63,357 bases of DNA from a virus (lineage: Duplodnaviria > Caudoviricetes): IMG/VR virus record IMGVR_UViG_3300011116_000174, positions 1 through 63,357 of that record. One strand, given 5' to 3'. This document shows positions 27,072 to 37,539 of this stretch, piece after piece. The notes below the pieces were generated by a model that saw nothing but the letters and a program-made list of their open reading frames with translations, did no database searches and was not told where the DNA came from. Positions within the stretch are counted from its first letter, which is position 1, and each line of letters starts with the position of its first letter. The position numbers were made by a program, and so were the translations under genes.

Positions 27072-29608
27072 TGAGTAAACGATATCCAGGCGGAATACTC
27101 CGCAAGACTCCTCCGACACCAAGCCAGACATCTGCTCAAGGTATTTGGGATATGGCGTCCGTCACTCAGGCGGTTAAGGAGAATACTTGGCCCATCGCTG
27201 GCGTCCCTGATCCAATTAGTAAGTCCTTGCGGTTTAGAGCAAGCGCTTCTGCTTATTTAGGCAGAACTCCAACTAGTGTTGGGAATCGTAGAACTTGGAC
27301 TTTTTCTACTTGGATTAAATTAGGGGAAATTGCGGCAAGCAACGGAACTATTTTTGCGGCTGGAACTGCAAGTGGTGAAACAACCAGATTTTATTTACGC
27401 TATACAGGAAGTCAGTTTCAAACTGGATATGGAAGCCAAAACTTAGATACTACGTCAGCAGTTTATCGAGACCCTTCTGCTTGGTATCATTTAGTATTGG
27501 CTGTAGATACAACACAAGCAACCGCTGCAAACCGTTTAAAAATATATGTAAATGGGGTTCAACAAGCGGTTTCAACTAGTGTTAACTATACTCAAAACGT
27601 TGATACTGCCGTTAATAATTCGGTAACCCACTCTATCGCTAGAGATCATATAATTCCTGGCGGGTATTTTGATGGGTATTTAACCGAAACATACTTAATT
27701 GACGGTCAAGCCCTAACCCCATCATCCTTTGGCTCTACTAACGACCAGACAGGCGTATGGCAACCCATCGCTTACACAGGTACATACGGAACCAACGGCT
27801 TTTACTTGCCGTTCTCCAACACCGCCTCGACCACCACGCTAGGCTACGACTTCTCAGGTAACTCCAACAACTGGACAACCAACAATATCTCATTGACCAG
27901 CGGTACTACCTATGACTCGATGGTAGACGTGCCAACCCAGTGGATACCCTACAACACAGCGGGCGACACAGGAGCGTTGTTTAGGGGGAATTACTGTGTG
28001 TTGAATCCTTTAGCATCTCGGTCTGTTGGAACAATGCAAAATGGTAATTTAACTTGGAAAAAGTCTGATGCGGCTGGAGATAATTATTGCTGTGCATCAA
28101 GTATTTCTATTCCGTCTTCAGGAAAATGGTATTGGGAAGTAACTATTACTGATGGTGCTTCGGGTGCAAATTGTATTGGAATTATCCCTAGCACATCTAC
28201 AACACAGCAAACAGCCAATACTATTCCTGGTGATTTTGGCATAACAACAAATGCTTTTGGATATTATTCTGACGGCACTAAACGAAATAGTGGGTCATCT
28301 ACTGCTTATGGCAATTCATTTACAACTGGCGATATTATTGGTGTTGCAGTAGATACCACCAACGGCAAAATATGGTGGTCTAAGAATGGCACATGGCAAG
28401 CAAGTGGTGACCCTGCGGCTGGCACAAATGCCGCCTTTACTACATTGTCAGGAAGTTATTATGCCGCTAGTTCTGTTCGCTATAATGGCAATCAACATGA
28501 TTACAATTTTGGACAACGGTCATTTAGCTACACCTTACCATCAGGCTTTGTAACACTAAACACACTTAACTTATCTACTCCTACTATTGGTGCTACTGCA
28601 TCTACTCAGGCTAATGATTACTTTAACGCAACGCTTTATACTGGCAATAACTCAACACAAAGCGTAACAGGAGTCGGATTCCAGCCAGATTTTGTATGGA
28701 TTAAAGAAAGAGATGCAGTAGAAGATCACTTTTTATTTGATTCTGTAAGAGGTGCAACTAATTTTCTTAGATCAAACACAACCGATGCTCAGGGAACATT
28801 AGCAAACTATTTAACAGCATTTAACTCTGATGGTTTTTCTCTTGGCAATGGTGGCGGTGTTAATGGTGCAAGTGATTTGTATGTTTCATGGAACTGGAGA
28901 GCATCTAACGCCACAGCCGTAACCAACACAGCAGGCTCTATTACATCTACAGTAAGTGCTAATACGACTGCTGGATTTAGTATTGTTACTTATACAGGTA
29001 ATGGAACAAATGGTGCAACAGTAGGGCATGGTTTAGGTGTTTCACCTAGTATGATTATTGGAAAAATAAGAAGCACTACTGGTGATTGGTATGTGTGGCA
29101 AACGGCTATGGGCGATAATTTTATGAAACTAAACACAACTGCAGCCCAACTCGCATCTACCGCAAACGGAGTATATAACACAGCAAGTTTTAGTTCTACT
29201 GTGTTTGCACTTGGTTCTAGTATTGCCATGAATGCAAGCGGTGGAACTTTTGTAGCCTACTGCTTTGCCCAAGTCGCTGGCTATTCCGCATTTGGTAGCT
29301 ATACAGGCAATGGCTCTAGTGATGGTCCTTTTATATTTACTGGGTTTAGGCCCGCATTCGTGTTAACGAAGTGTTCAAGCACTACAGGCAACTGGATGAT
29401 TACAGATGATGCAAGAAACCCATCTAACCTTGCTGGTGAAATATTAATGCCAAACAATGCAGATACAGAATACAGCCAAGATGGTATTGATATGCTTTCT
29501 AACGGGTTTAAACTAAGAGCTTCCACAAGTAACAGAAACTCAAATGGTGCTACTTACATCTACATGGCTTTTGCCGAATCACCCTTTAAATACGCACTCG
29601 CCCGCTAA
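27071..29608 (+). CDS. Receptor-binding fibre 2 (paralog of fibre 1)
   Basis: Same motif order as 24585..27071. Confidence 0.8.
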   Translation: MSKRYPGGILRKTPPTPSQTSAQGIWDMASVTQAVKENTWPIAGVPDPISKSLRFRASASAYLGRTPTSVGNRRTWTFSTWIKLGEIAASNGTIFAAGTASGETTRFYLRYTGSQFQTGYGSQNLDTTSAVYRDPSAWYHLVLAVDTTQATAANRLKIYVNGVQQAVSTSVNYTQNVDTAVNNSVTHSIARDHIIPGGYFDGYLTETYLIDGQALTPSSFGSTNDQTGVWQPIAYTGTYGTNGFYLPFSNTASTTTLGYDFSGNSNNWTTNNISLTSGTTYDSMVDVPTQWIPYNTAGDTGALFRGNYCVLNPLASRSVGTMQNGNLTWKKSDAAGDNYCCASSISIPSSGKWYWEVTITDGASGANCIGIIPSTSTTQQTANTIPGDFGITTNAFGYYSDGTKRNSGSSTAYGNSFTTGDIIGVAVDTTNGKIWWSKNGTWQASGDPAAGTNAAFTTLSGSYYAASSVRYNGNQHDYNFGQRSFSYTLPSGFVTLNTLNLSTPTIGATASTQANDYFNATLYTGNNSTQSVTGVGFQPDFVWIKERDAVEDHFLFDSVRGATNFLRSNTTDAQGTLANYLTAFNSDGFSLGNGGGVNGASDLYVSWNWRASNATAVTNTAGSITSTVSANTTAGFSIVTYTGNGTNGATVGHGLGVSPSMIIGKIRSTTGDWYVWQTAMGDNFMKLNTTAAQLASTANGVYNTASFSSTVFALGSSIAMNASGGTFVAYCFAQVAGYSAFGSYTGNGSSDGPFIFTGFRPAFVLTKCSSTTGNWMITDDARNPSNLAGEILMPNNADTEYSQDGIDMLSNGFKLRASTSNRNSNGATYIYMAFAESPFKYALAR

Positions 29609-29632
29609 CAATTTTTTACAGGAGCAAATAAC

Positions 29633-30244
29633 ATGAGTAACTTTGCAGTAGTACAAAACGGACAAGTAGTACAGATTGTCCCCTTAGATGTACCGTTCAC
29701 CGTAGGAACTAAGACCTATTCAGGTTCGTTCTTGCGTTCTTCAACCCCTGCCGAAAAGCTACAAGCTGGCGTTTGGGAAATCATTCATGGCGCACGCCCT
29801 GACGATAAGTATTACTGGGTCTCTGGTCCTACCTATCGTGTGAATGAAACCAACAGCACCGTAGAAGCGACTTATTCTGGCACGGCTAAATTGCTTGACG
29901 ACCGTGAAGAGTCTGACGAGAATGGCAACCCACTATACGTTCAAGAGTACGACCCAACCGCTAACAACGGTCAAGGCGGCATGGTTAACACCACCGAGCG
30001 TCTAGTGACCAAAGGTCTGAAGTCTAACGAGATTGCCGCAGTTAAATCTGCCGCTGGTTCGCTCTTGGCATCGACTGACTGGATGATTATTCGCAAGGTT
30101 GAGCGTAATGTGGATGTCCCTGCAAGCGTAACCGCCTATCGTGCAGCCGTAGTTGCTGAAGCCGACCGTTTAGAAGCAGCGATTGCTGCTGTTACTGACG
30201 TTGATGCCTTAGCTGCGATCAAGGCAAACTGGCCCAAAGCATGA
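29633..30244 (+). CDS. Putative tail fibre assembly protein
   Basis: LLASTDW.IIR, YRAAV, C-terminal WP. Confidence 0.7.
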   Translation: MSNFAVVQNGQVVQIVPLDVPFTVGTKTYSGSFLRSSTPAEKLQAGVWEIIHGARPDDKYYWVSGPTYRVNETNSTVEATYSGTAKLLDDREESDENGNPLYVQEYDPTANNGQGGMVNTTERLVTKGLKSNEIAAVKSAAGSLLASTDWMIIRKVERNVDVPASVTAYRAAVVAEADRLEAAIAAVTDVDALAAIKANWPKA

Positions 30245-30450
30245 AAGCCGTATACGAAGCTCAACTAGTGGATGGGCAAGTACAGCCTAAGCACGAGGTT
30301 GAGATCGTGTGCGCAGCGTGTGGATATGACTTAGATGAGGCGGAGTTGACCGCAGACACTTGCTCCGACTGTGGGACTCCCCTTAACCTAAAACAGCATA
30401 TCTCCATTCATGCTACGTCCGTTCCTGCCGCTGGCGGAGAGGTGTTTTAA
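30241..30450 (+). CDS. Small Zn-ribbon protein
   Basis: CAACG...CSDCG. Confidence 0.7.
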   Translation: MKAVYEAQLVDGQVQPKHEVEIVCAACGYDLDEAELTADTCSDCGTPLNLKQHISIHATSVPAAGGEVF

Positions 30451-30458
30451 ATTGAGAT

Positions 30459-30911
30459 ATGGCAGACGAATTGGGGTTATCGGCTGGTGCTAAAGGCATC
30501 AGCGAAGGAATTAAGGTCGGCAGAGATGCTGGCAAAGAGATTGGTAAGAACATCGAGGATGTTCAGAAGGAGGCAGTAGATTTAGCAAGGCAGAAGGCAA
30601 ACCAAAAGATACGGGAGCGCAGAGAAGCCGAGCTAAGAAAAGAACGTGCAATATACAAAGCCCTTGAGGAGTACCGTCACCGCAAGAAGATTACGGATGA
30701 AGAGTACAAATTGAGGGTTGATTTTATAAAGCAGCATGGTACGAAAGAGTGGGAAAAGGTTATACAGATCAAAGCCGAGATTGAGAAACTAGAGAAGGCA
30801 GACCAAGAGTTTTTTGATGCGGAGTTGGCAAAGGTTAAATGGGTGCAGTTCTGGTGCTTTTTGGCGGCAGCTTGGATTGCTTATTACATAGTATGGGGGT
30901 CTAAACAATAA
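30459..30911 (+). CDS. Coiled-coil membrane-anchored protein
   Basis: C-terminal TM helix; in the lysis region. Confidence 0.7.
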   Translation: MADELGLSAGAKGISEGIKVGRDAGKEIGKNIEDVQKEAVDLARQKANQKIRERREAELRKERAIYKALEEYRHRKKITDEEYKLRVDFIKQHGTKEWEKVIQIKAEIEKLEKADQEFFDAELAKVKWVQFWCFLAAAWIAYYIVWGSKQ

Positions 30912-31393
30912 TGCTTACACTAATATCTACCACGCTATCCTTCCTGATGGGAGGACTACCTAAGCTCCTAGACTTCTTCCAAGACAAGGGCGACAAGAAG
31001 CATGAACTTGCCATGGCTGCTATGCAGATGGAACGGGAACTCAAACTCATGGAGGCTGGCTACGCAGCCCAAGCCCGTGTAGAAGAGATCCGCACAGAGC
31101 AGGTAGCGATGGAGACTCAGGCTCAAGAACGTCAAGCCCTGTACGCACACGACATCGAGATTGGTAAGGGTGCATCCCAGTGGGTCATTAACCTGCGTGC
31201 CTCAGTCCGCCCAGTCGTAACCTATCTGTTTGTCCTCCTATTAATCGTAGTAGACATCGCCTCTATTTGGTGGGCATGGTCTACGGGAGCCGCTTTTGCT
31301 GAGTCGGTAACGATGATTTTTGACAGTGACGAGATGCAGATTTTGGCGTCTATTATTGCTTTCTGGTTTGGTACACAGGCATTTAAGAAGTGA
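30911..31393 (+). CDS. Putative holin
   Basis: VRPVVTY + TM helices + IIAFWFG; directly before lysozyme. Confidence 0.6.
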   Translation: MLTLISTTLSFLMGGLPKLLDFFQDKGDKKHELAMAAMQMERELKLMEAGYAAQARVEEIRTEQVAMETQAQERQALYAHDIEIGKGASQWVINLRASVRPVVTYLFVLLLIVVDIASIWWAWSTGAAFAESVTMIFDSDEMQILASIIAFWFGTQAFKK

Positions 31394-31866
31394 ACGTAAG
31401 CGATAAAGCCATCAAAATGATTAAGCACCATGAGGGTGTACGGCAGAAGCCTTATCGTTGTCCAGCTAAGTTATGGACGATTGGGGTAGGCCATGTTTTG
31501 TACCCCCGACAGGCTCAGGTCAAGTTTGAAGAACGAGATGCTTATCCACTAGAAGAACGAGACAACCGAACATTCTCCATGGAGGAAGTCGATGGAATAC
31601 TTAGGGATGATCTTAACCGCTTTGAACGAGGTGTTGAACGCTTCTGTCCTGTCAAGCTCACTCAAGGTCAGTTCGATGCTCTTGTTAGCTTTAGCTTTAA
31701 TCTTGGGCTTGGAACACTACAGCGCTCAACCCTCCGTCAGAAGGTTATTCGTGGCGATATGGAAGGGGCGGCGGAAGAGTTCTTGAAGTATACGATGGCT
31801 GGCGGTAAAGTACTAAGAGGGTTAGTAACCCGCAGAAATGATGAACGTGCCTTATTCTTGAGTTAA
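31390..31866 (+). CDS. Endolysin, GH24 lysozyme
   Basis: HEG..PY.C..WTIGVGH; QFDALVSFSFNLG; GLVTRR..E. Confidence 0.9.
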   Translation: MNVSDKAIKMIKHHEGVRQKPYRCPAKLWTIGVGHVLYPRQAQVKFEERDAYPLEERDNRTFSMEEVDGILRDDLNRFERGVERFCPVKLTQGQFDALVSFSFNLGLGTLQRSTLRQKVIRGDMEGAAEEFLKYTMAGGKVLRGLVTRRNDERALFLS

Positions 31867-31867
31867 T

Positions 31868-33739
31868 ATGCCATTACAGAAACTACAATTTAAGCCGGGC
31901 GTTAATCGGGACCAGACCAACTATACCAACGAAGGTGGTTGGTTTGAGTGCGATAAAGTACGCTTTCGTTCAGGATACCCACAAAAGTTAGGCGGCTGGT
32001 TACGCTACGGCACATTTACGATTATCGGGGTCTGCCGTCAGATGTTTAATTGGGTGACTACTCTTAGTGATAACTTCCTTGCGATGGGAACTAGCAAAAA
32101 GGTCTACCTAGAGGCTGGAACTGAGGTCTATGACATCACCCCCCTACAGCATACTTCTACGACCCTAGGGGCTGCTGCGGGTCCGTTTACGGCTACTTCA
32201 GGCTCTCCTACGCTGACAGTCTCCTACTCAACGGATACCGCCTACGACCCAGAGGTAGGGAACTATGTAACGTATTCAGGTGCAGCTAGTCTGGGTGGGG
32301 CTATTACCGCAGATGTCTTAAATAAAGCATTTGGCTATGAGATTCTGACCGTTAATACAGCCGCAAAAACCTATACCATTAATGTAGGAGTAAACGCCAA
32401 TGGCTCTGATACTGGTAAAGGCGGGGCAACCGTTACAGCCAAATACGACATTGATGTCGGTTATGATATAGATACCTACGGCTACGGTTGGGGTGCTGGT
32501 GCTTGGGGTCGTTTAGGTTGGGGTTCTGGAGCAGTTACTCCAGTTGTTTTACAGCAACGGGATTGGTTCTTCAATAACTTTGATAACGACTTAGTGATGA
32601 ATATCCGTAACGGTCCAATTTATTACTGGGAGCGTTCTGCTGGTATCACTTCTCGTGCAGCATTACTGTCTGCTACAACCATTAATGGCGTGGCTCCAGC
32701 CGATGTTCCGGCAGAAGCTACTGAAATTCTAGTATCTCAGAATGATAAACACCTGTTGGCTTTTGGTGCAACCCCCTATGGTGGCGGTACATTTGACCCA
32801 TTATTAATCCGTTGGGCTACACAAGACCAGCCTAATGTCTGGACTCCTCTAACTACTAATTCAGCAGGATTTTTACGGCTTTCCCGTGGTTCTAAGATTG
32901 TTTGTGCCATAACAACTCGCCAAGAGATTCTGGTTTATACCGAGGGAACGCTTAATTCATTACAGTTTTTAGGCACAGCAGATGTGTTTGGAATTCAGGA
33001 ACTTGCAGATAACATTTCGATTATTAGCCCAAGGGCCGTATCTGTAGTAAATAACGTAGCCTACTGGATGGGTAAAGATAAGTTCTATGCTTATTCTGGA
33101 CGGGTGGAGACGCTTCCGTCTACTTTAAGAAACCACGTTTTTACTAATCTTAACTTTGCTCAAGCAGACCAGATTGTTTCTGGCACTAACGAAGGATGGA
33201 ATGAGATTTGGTGGTTCTACCCAACGGCTAATAGCCAAGTAAATGATGCCTATGTGGTCTATAACCACTTGGAAAAAATCTGGTACTACGGCACAATCCA
33301 TCGCACTGCATGGCTAGATTCTCCTGTTAGGGAATACCCTCAAGCGGTTGGCGACTATAAGCTCTATAACCATGAGCAAGGAACAAATGACGATAATCTG
33401 CCAATGACAGCAACTATTTCATCTTCGGACTTTGACCTTGTAGATGGGGATCAGTTTATTTTGACGAAACGAATCATCCCAGACCTGAGCTTCTCTGGGT
33501 CTACTGCCAATACCCCAACGGCTACGATGTATATAAAACCAAGGAATTTCCCTGGCAGTGCTTATTCAAATATTGATTCTGATAACGTGATTGAGACCTC
33601 GGTAGATGTATATACCGAACAGATATTTTTGCGGGCTAGGGCGCGCCAGATGGCTATCGAGATTGAGTCTACAGAATTAGATGTTCAGTGGCAGTTGGGT
33701 AGTCCTCGTTTAGACGGTAGACCAGATGGAAGACGCTAA
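31868..33739 (+). CDS. Putative tail hub/nozzle (DNA stabilisation protein)
   Basis: 623 aa beta-rich; position before the ejection genes. Confidence 0.65.
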   Translation: MPLQKLQFKPGVNRDQTNYTNEGGWFECDKVRFRSGYPQKLGGWLRYGTFTIIGVCRQMFNWVTTLSDNFLAMGTSKKVYLEAGTEVYDITPLQHTSTTLGAAAGPFTATSGSPTLTVSYSTDTAYDPEVGNYVTYSGAASLGGAITADVLNKAFGYEILTVNTAAKTYTINVGVNANGSDTGKGGATVTAKYDIDVGYDIDTYGYGWGAGAWGRLGWGSGAVTPVVLQQRDWFFNNFDNDLVMNIRNGPIYYWERSAGITSRAALLSATTINGVAPADVPAEATEILVSQNDKHLLAFGATPYGGGTFDPLLIRWATQDQPNVWTPLTTNSAGFLRLSRGSKIVCAITTRQEILVYTEGTLNSLQFLGTADVFGIQELADNISIISPRAVSVVNNVAYWMGKDKFYAYSGRVETLPSTLRNHVFTNLNFAQADQIVSGTNEGWNEIWWFYPTANSQVNDAYVVYNHLEKIWYYGTIHRTAWLDSPVREYPQAVGDYKLYNHEQGTNDDNLPMTATISSSDFDLVDGDQFILTKRIIPDLSFSGSTANTPTATMYIKPRNFPGSAYSNIDSDNVIETSVDVYTEQIFLRARARQMAIEIESTELDVQWQLGSPRLDGRPDGRR

Positions 33740-35127
33740 TGGATTGCACACCGTACAACGTCAGGGCGCCCTCGTTACCATTACCCACGCCCGAATACAA
33801 TCAATCCCAACAAGACCAATTTCAGTATGCCCTACGCCTCTACTTTAACCGTCTTGATAACTATTTAACTGAGCTAAGTGCGTGTATTAATATGAGCGGA
33901 ACTATTACAGACCCAACTTATGTAACCTTCCCGCCTACTAACGTAGACGCTTTTAACCGTCTAAACGTAGCGCAGCCCTATACGCTATTTGACAGCCAGA
34001 ACCGCTTTGCGATTGACAATCAGTTTGATACTTCAACTGCATCGGGTGGTTCTACAACCTACCTACCTAATGAGTCTACGGTTCAATTAGGCGTTACAAC
34101 TACTAGTGGCTCTGAGGTAGTCCGCCAGTCTTACCGCAACATGCCGTACCAGCCAGGTAAGGGATTAGGGCTATTGGCAACCTTTACGATGAACCAAGGA
34201 AAGACGGGTCTTCGGCAACGGGTGGGGTACTTTAACACTCAGAACGGGGTATTTTTCCAGCAAAACGACACTACCCTAGCGTTTGTTATGCGGTCTTACA
34301 CTAGTGGTGCGCCTGTCGATACAACTATTACCCAAGCCAACTGGAACGGGGATAAGTTAGACGGCACAGGAGCGAGTGGTAGGACTATTGACGTAACCAA
34401 AACCCAGATTCTAGCGATTGACTTTGAGTGGCTAGGGGTAGGGGATGTACGGTGCGGGTTCTTTATTGATGGTCAGTTTGTAATCTGCCATACCTTCCAC
34501 AACGATAACGTCAATACTGCCGTCTACATGACCACGGCTATCCTGCCTGTACGGTACGAGATTAGGAATACGGCTGCTACGGCTTCTAGTTCTTCTATGA
34601 AACAGATCTGCTCAACTGTCTATTCTTCGGGCGGGTACGAACAAACATCTATTGACCATGTGGCTAGGCGAACCACCATCTTTAATAACATTACTACCGC
34701 AGCAACCTTCTTCCCCATTGTCTCTATAAGACTAGCTTCAACGGCTTTAGGGGCGGTAGTCTTACCTAACCGCATCCAGTTTTTGCCCACAACCAGCCAA
34801 AACTATGAGGTGGCTTTACTTAAGAACCCAACTTTGACGGGTGCTACTTGGGCGGCTGCTGTGCCATCGGACGCAAACGTAGAGTTTGACGTTGCAGCTA
34901 CGGCTATTTCTAACGTTGGAACTATTGTACAAACTGACTATGTAACTGCATCTGGTAGTGCTGGTGTAGGTAATACAAGTGAACCAACAGGATACAACTG
35001 GGATTTGCAGCTAGGAGCATCTCTGGCAGGTGTTAGCGATATATACACTTTAGCCGTCAGGACGGTATCTGGCGCTACTAATGGAGACGGTGTAGGCTCA
35101 ATTAGCTTCTATGATTTAACGCAATAA
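33739..35127 (+). CDS. Virion protein with lectin-like beta domain
   Basis: YQPGKG, IDFEWLGVG. Confidence 0.65.
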   Translation: MDCTPYNVRAPSLPLPTPEYNQSQQDQFQYALRLYFNRLDNYLTELSACINMSGTITDPTYVTFPPTNVDAFNRLNVAQPYTLFDSQNRFAIDNQFDTSTASGGSTTYLPNESTVQLGVTTTSGSEVVRQSYRNMPYQPGKGLGLLATFTMNQGKTGLRQRVGYFNTQNGVFFQQNDTTLAFVMRSYTSGAPVDTTITQANWNGDKLDGTGASGRTIDVTKTQILAIDFEWLGVGDVRCGFFIDGQFVICHTFHNDNVNTAVYMTTAILPVRYEIRNTAATASSSSMKQICSTVYSSGGYEQTSIDHVARRTTIFNNITTAATFFPIVSIRLASTALGAVVLPNRIQFLPTTSQNYEVALLKNPTLTGATWAAAVPSDANVEFDVAATAISNVGTIVQTDYVTASGSAGVGNTSEPTGYNWDLQLGASLAGVSDIYTLAVRTVSGATNGDGVGSISFYDLTQ

Positions 35128-35166
35128 CATGATAAACTTAACCCCAAATAACCCCATGAGGTTTTT

Positions 35167-36621
35167 ATGAATTACAATTCCAAGGGCGGGCAGCCGCACG
35201 GACTAAAAGCTATTGCTCAAGAACTCACCCGTTACGGACGTAACGGAGATACTATTCTTGCGCACATTAACCCAGACGAAGCGGCTTTACTTAAAAAGCT
35301 AGGGGGTTCTGGAAGCATCAATCCGGTTACGGGTTTACCCGAATATTTTTGGAAATCGGTTACTAGGGCAATTGCTGCACCATTTAGGGCAGTAAATGAA
35401 GTAGTTAAGGCCGTTCCTGTTATTGGCCCCGCTATTGACAAGGGGCTGGTAAGTTTAGATAAAGCCGTTGGTAGCGCTATTCCGGGGGGCTGGAATACTC
35501 TTGCCCAGACCGCTTTGGCATTTACTCCTCTTGGTCTACCGGCTAAAGTAGGTCTTGCTGCCCTAGGTGGTAGCGGCGCTCTTGGACCAAAAGGCAAGTT
35601 TAATTTTCAAAAAGCACTATTAAGTGGCGCTTTAGCTTATGGTGCCAATCAACTAGCCGAAGGGCTTCAGGCTGCTGGCGGTCCTGGAGCTGACGCTTCT
35701 GTAACAGATGTTGCTTCTAAATTAGGTGTAGAAGGTGTTTCTACTGCTCCCACCGATGCAGCGGCAATGTTAGCTAAACAGGCTGAAGGTCTTGGTCCAG
35801 AAGGTTTACGAAATATTGCTTCTAGTGCAAGTTACGCGGGAGCGCCTACTAATGTAGACGTGTTTAGTGGTTTAGCTGGTACACAAGGTGCTATTCCTGT
35901 TACTGCCTCCCAACAAGCAGCCCCCGGATTTTTTGACAAAATTGCCTCATCAGACTTTGTTACTCAAACAGGTGAAAATTTATCCGCTGCTGGACAAGGT
36001 ATCAAAAACCTTACTGGATTTGGTAGCGGCGCAAAAGCCGCAGCGTCTGCGTTTACTGGTCCAGTAACCGCTGGCGGCATGACTGCTTTAGGTATTGGTG
36101 CTATGGGCCTCATGCAGCTTAATGAGCAAGAGAAGATGTTAAACGAGCAGCTTGCGTCCGGTACTATTGCTCAATCTGAATACGATGCAAACATGGCACG
36201 GATTAATGAAGCAAGAGCTCGCGCTGAACAAGCAGTTCGCGAGAACCCATATCAGTTTGCTGCTGGTGGCTCTATTGACGATGAGCCCGGTATGGATAGC
36301 GCACGCGGCATAGACCCAGGCAATTTACAAAAAGGTCTTTTTGGTTTAGGTTACGCTACGGGCGGGCAACCAAGATTTTTGTCGGGTGGCGGTGATGGAA
36401 TGAGCGATTCTATCCAAGCTACTATTAACGACAAACAACCAGCCAGACTTGCCGACGGCGAATTTGTTATTCCTGCCGATGTAGTATCTAATTTAGGAAA
36501 TGGCTCCTCTAAAGCAGGAGCTAAGCGTTTATATGGAATGATGGATCGGGTGCGTAAAGCCCGCACCGGAACTACCAAACAGGCTAAAGCGATTAACCCC
36601 GCTAAAGTAATGCCAGCTTAA
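35167..36621 (+). CDS. Putative internal/ejection protein
   Basis: GRNGDTILAHI..SINPVTGLPEY; GDGMSDSI; LADGEFV. Confidence 0.7.
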   Translation: MNYNSKGGQPHGLKAIAQELTRYGRNGDTILAHINPDEAALLKKLGGSGSINPVTGLPEYFWKSVTRAIAAPFRAVNEVVKAVPVIGPAIDKGLVSLDKAVGSAIPGGWNTLAQTALAFTPLGLPAKVGLAALGGSGALGPKGKFNFQKALLSGALAYGANQLAEGLQAAGGPGADASVTDVASKLGVEGVSTAPTDAAAMLAKQAEGLGPEGLRNIASSASYAGAPTNVDVFSGLAGTQGAIPVTASQQAAPGFFDKIASSDFVTQTGENLSAAGQGIKNLTGFGSGAKAAASAFTGPVTAGGMTALGIGAMGLMQLNEQEKMLNEQLASGTIAQSEYDANMARINEARARAEQAVRENPYQFAAGGSIDDEPGMDSARGIDPGNLQKGLFGLGYATGGQPRFLSGGGDGMSDSIQATINDKQPARLADGEFVIPADVVSNLGNGSSKAGAKRLYGMMDRVRKARTGTTKQAKAINPAKVMPA

Positions 36622-36630
36622 GGATAAATT

Positions 36631-37530
36631 ATGCCAGTACAAACAACTACAGTCACAGGCCAACAGGCAATCCCAACCGAGTTAATGCCGTACTTTACAG
36701 GTACGGGCGGTGTTGCTGGTCTATTACCTAAAGCCCAAGAAATTTTTTCAAAAGATTACGCTACACAATATGGTACGCCGTTACAAGAAGCCGGCTTAGC
36801 TGGTACTGGGCGTGTAGCACCTATGTCTGCTATGCAACAACAAGTTGGTACACAGCTTGGTGCGATGGGTACTCCCGGACAATTTCAAACAGGTTATGGC
36901 GCGGCTGGTATGGGTCTAGGTGCTTTGGGCTCATTAATTAGCCCCGAGATGACTCAGCAATACATGTCTCCATACGTGCAAAACGTCATTGATGTAAACA
37001 AAGCCGAAGCTTTGCGTGATGCACAAAAGGGATTATTAGCTGGTAATCTTGCTGCGGCGCGTCAAGGTACTTATGGTGGCGCTCGTCAGCTATTGGCACA
37101 GACTGAGCAAGAGCGTAACCTGCAAACTAAGCTTGGTCAAATCCAAGCACAAGGTATGCAGTCTGCGTTTGAAGCCGCACAGAAAGCTCAACTCGGTTCC
37201 GCGGCGGCCTACGGCTCTCTGGGAGACGTCTTAACTCGTAGTGGTACAGCCCAACAAGCGTCGGATATTGATCGACTCAAGACGATGGGCGCTTACGGCG
37301 ACCTACAACGTGCTCTTGAGCAACAACAGATTGATGCTCGCTATCAAGACTTCCTTACCCGGATTGGCTACCCACAAGAGCAACTTGGTAAAATGGCTGA
37401 CATCTTGCGTGGTGTACCTATTGCTAAGGTTGGTGAGAGCACAACAACGACAACCCCACCCCCCAGCTTTGCTAGTCAGTTAGCTGGTATGGGACTAACC
37501 GGCTTGTCTTTATACAACATGTTTAAGTAA
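36631..37530 (+). CDS. Putative DNA ejection protein
   Basis: Q/A/G-rich; YMSPY, GTYGGARQ. Confidence 0.7.
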   Translation: MPVQTTTVTGQQAIPTELMPYFTGTGGVAGLLPKAQEIFSKDYATQYGTPLQEAGLAGTGRVAPMSAMQQQVGTQLGAMGTPGQFQTGYGAAGMGLGALGSLISPEMTQQYMSPYVQNVIDVNKAEALRDAQKGLLAGNLAAARQGTYGGARQLLAQTEQERNLQTKLGQIQAQGMQSAFEAAQKAQLGSAAAYGSLGDVLTRSGTAQQASDIDRLKTMGAYGDLQRALEQQQIDARYQDFLTRIGYPQEQLGKMADILRGVPIAKVGESTTTTTPPPSFASQLAGMGLTGLSLYNMFK

Positions 37531-37539
37531 GAGATAACT

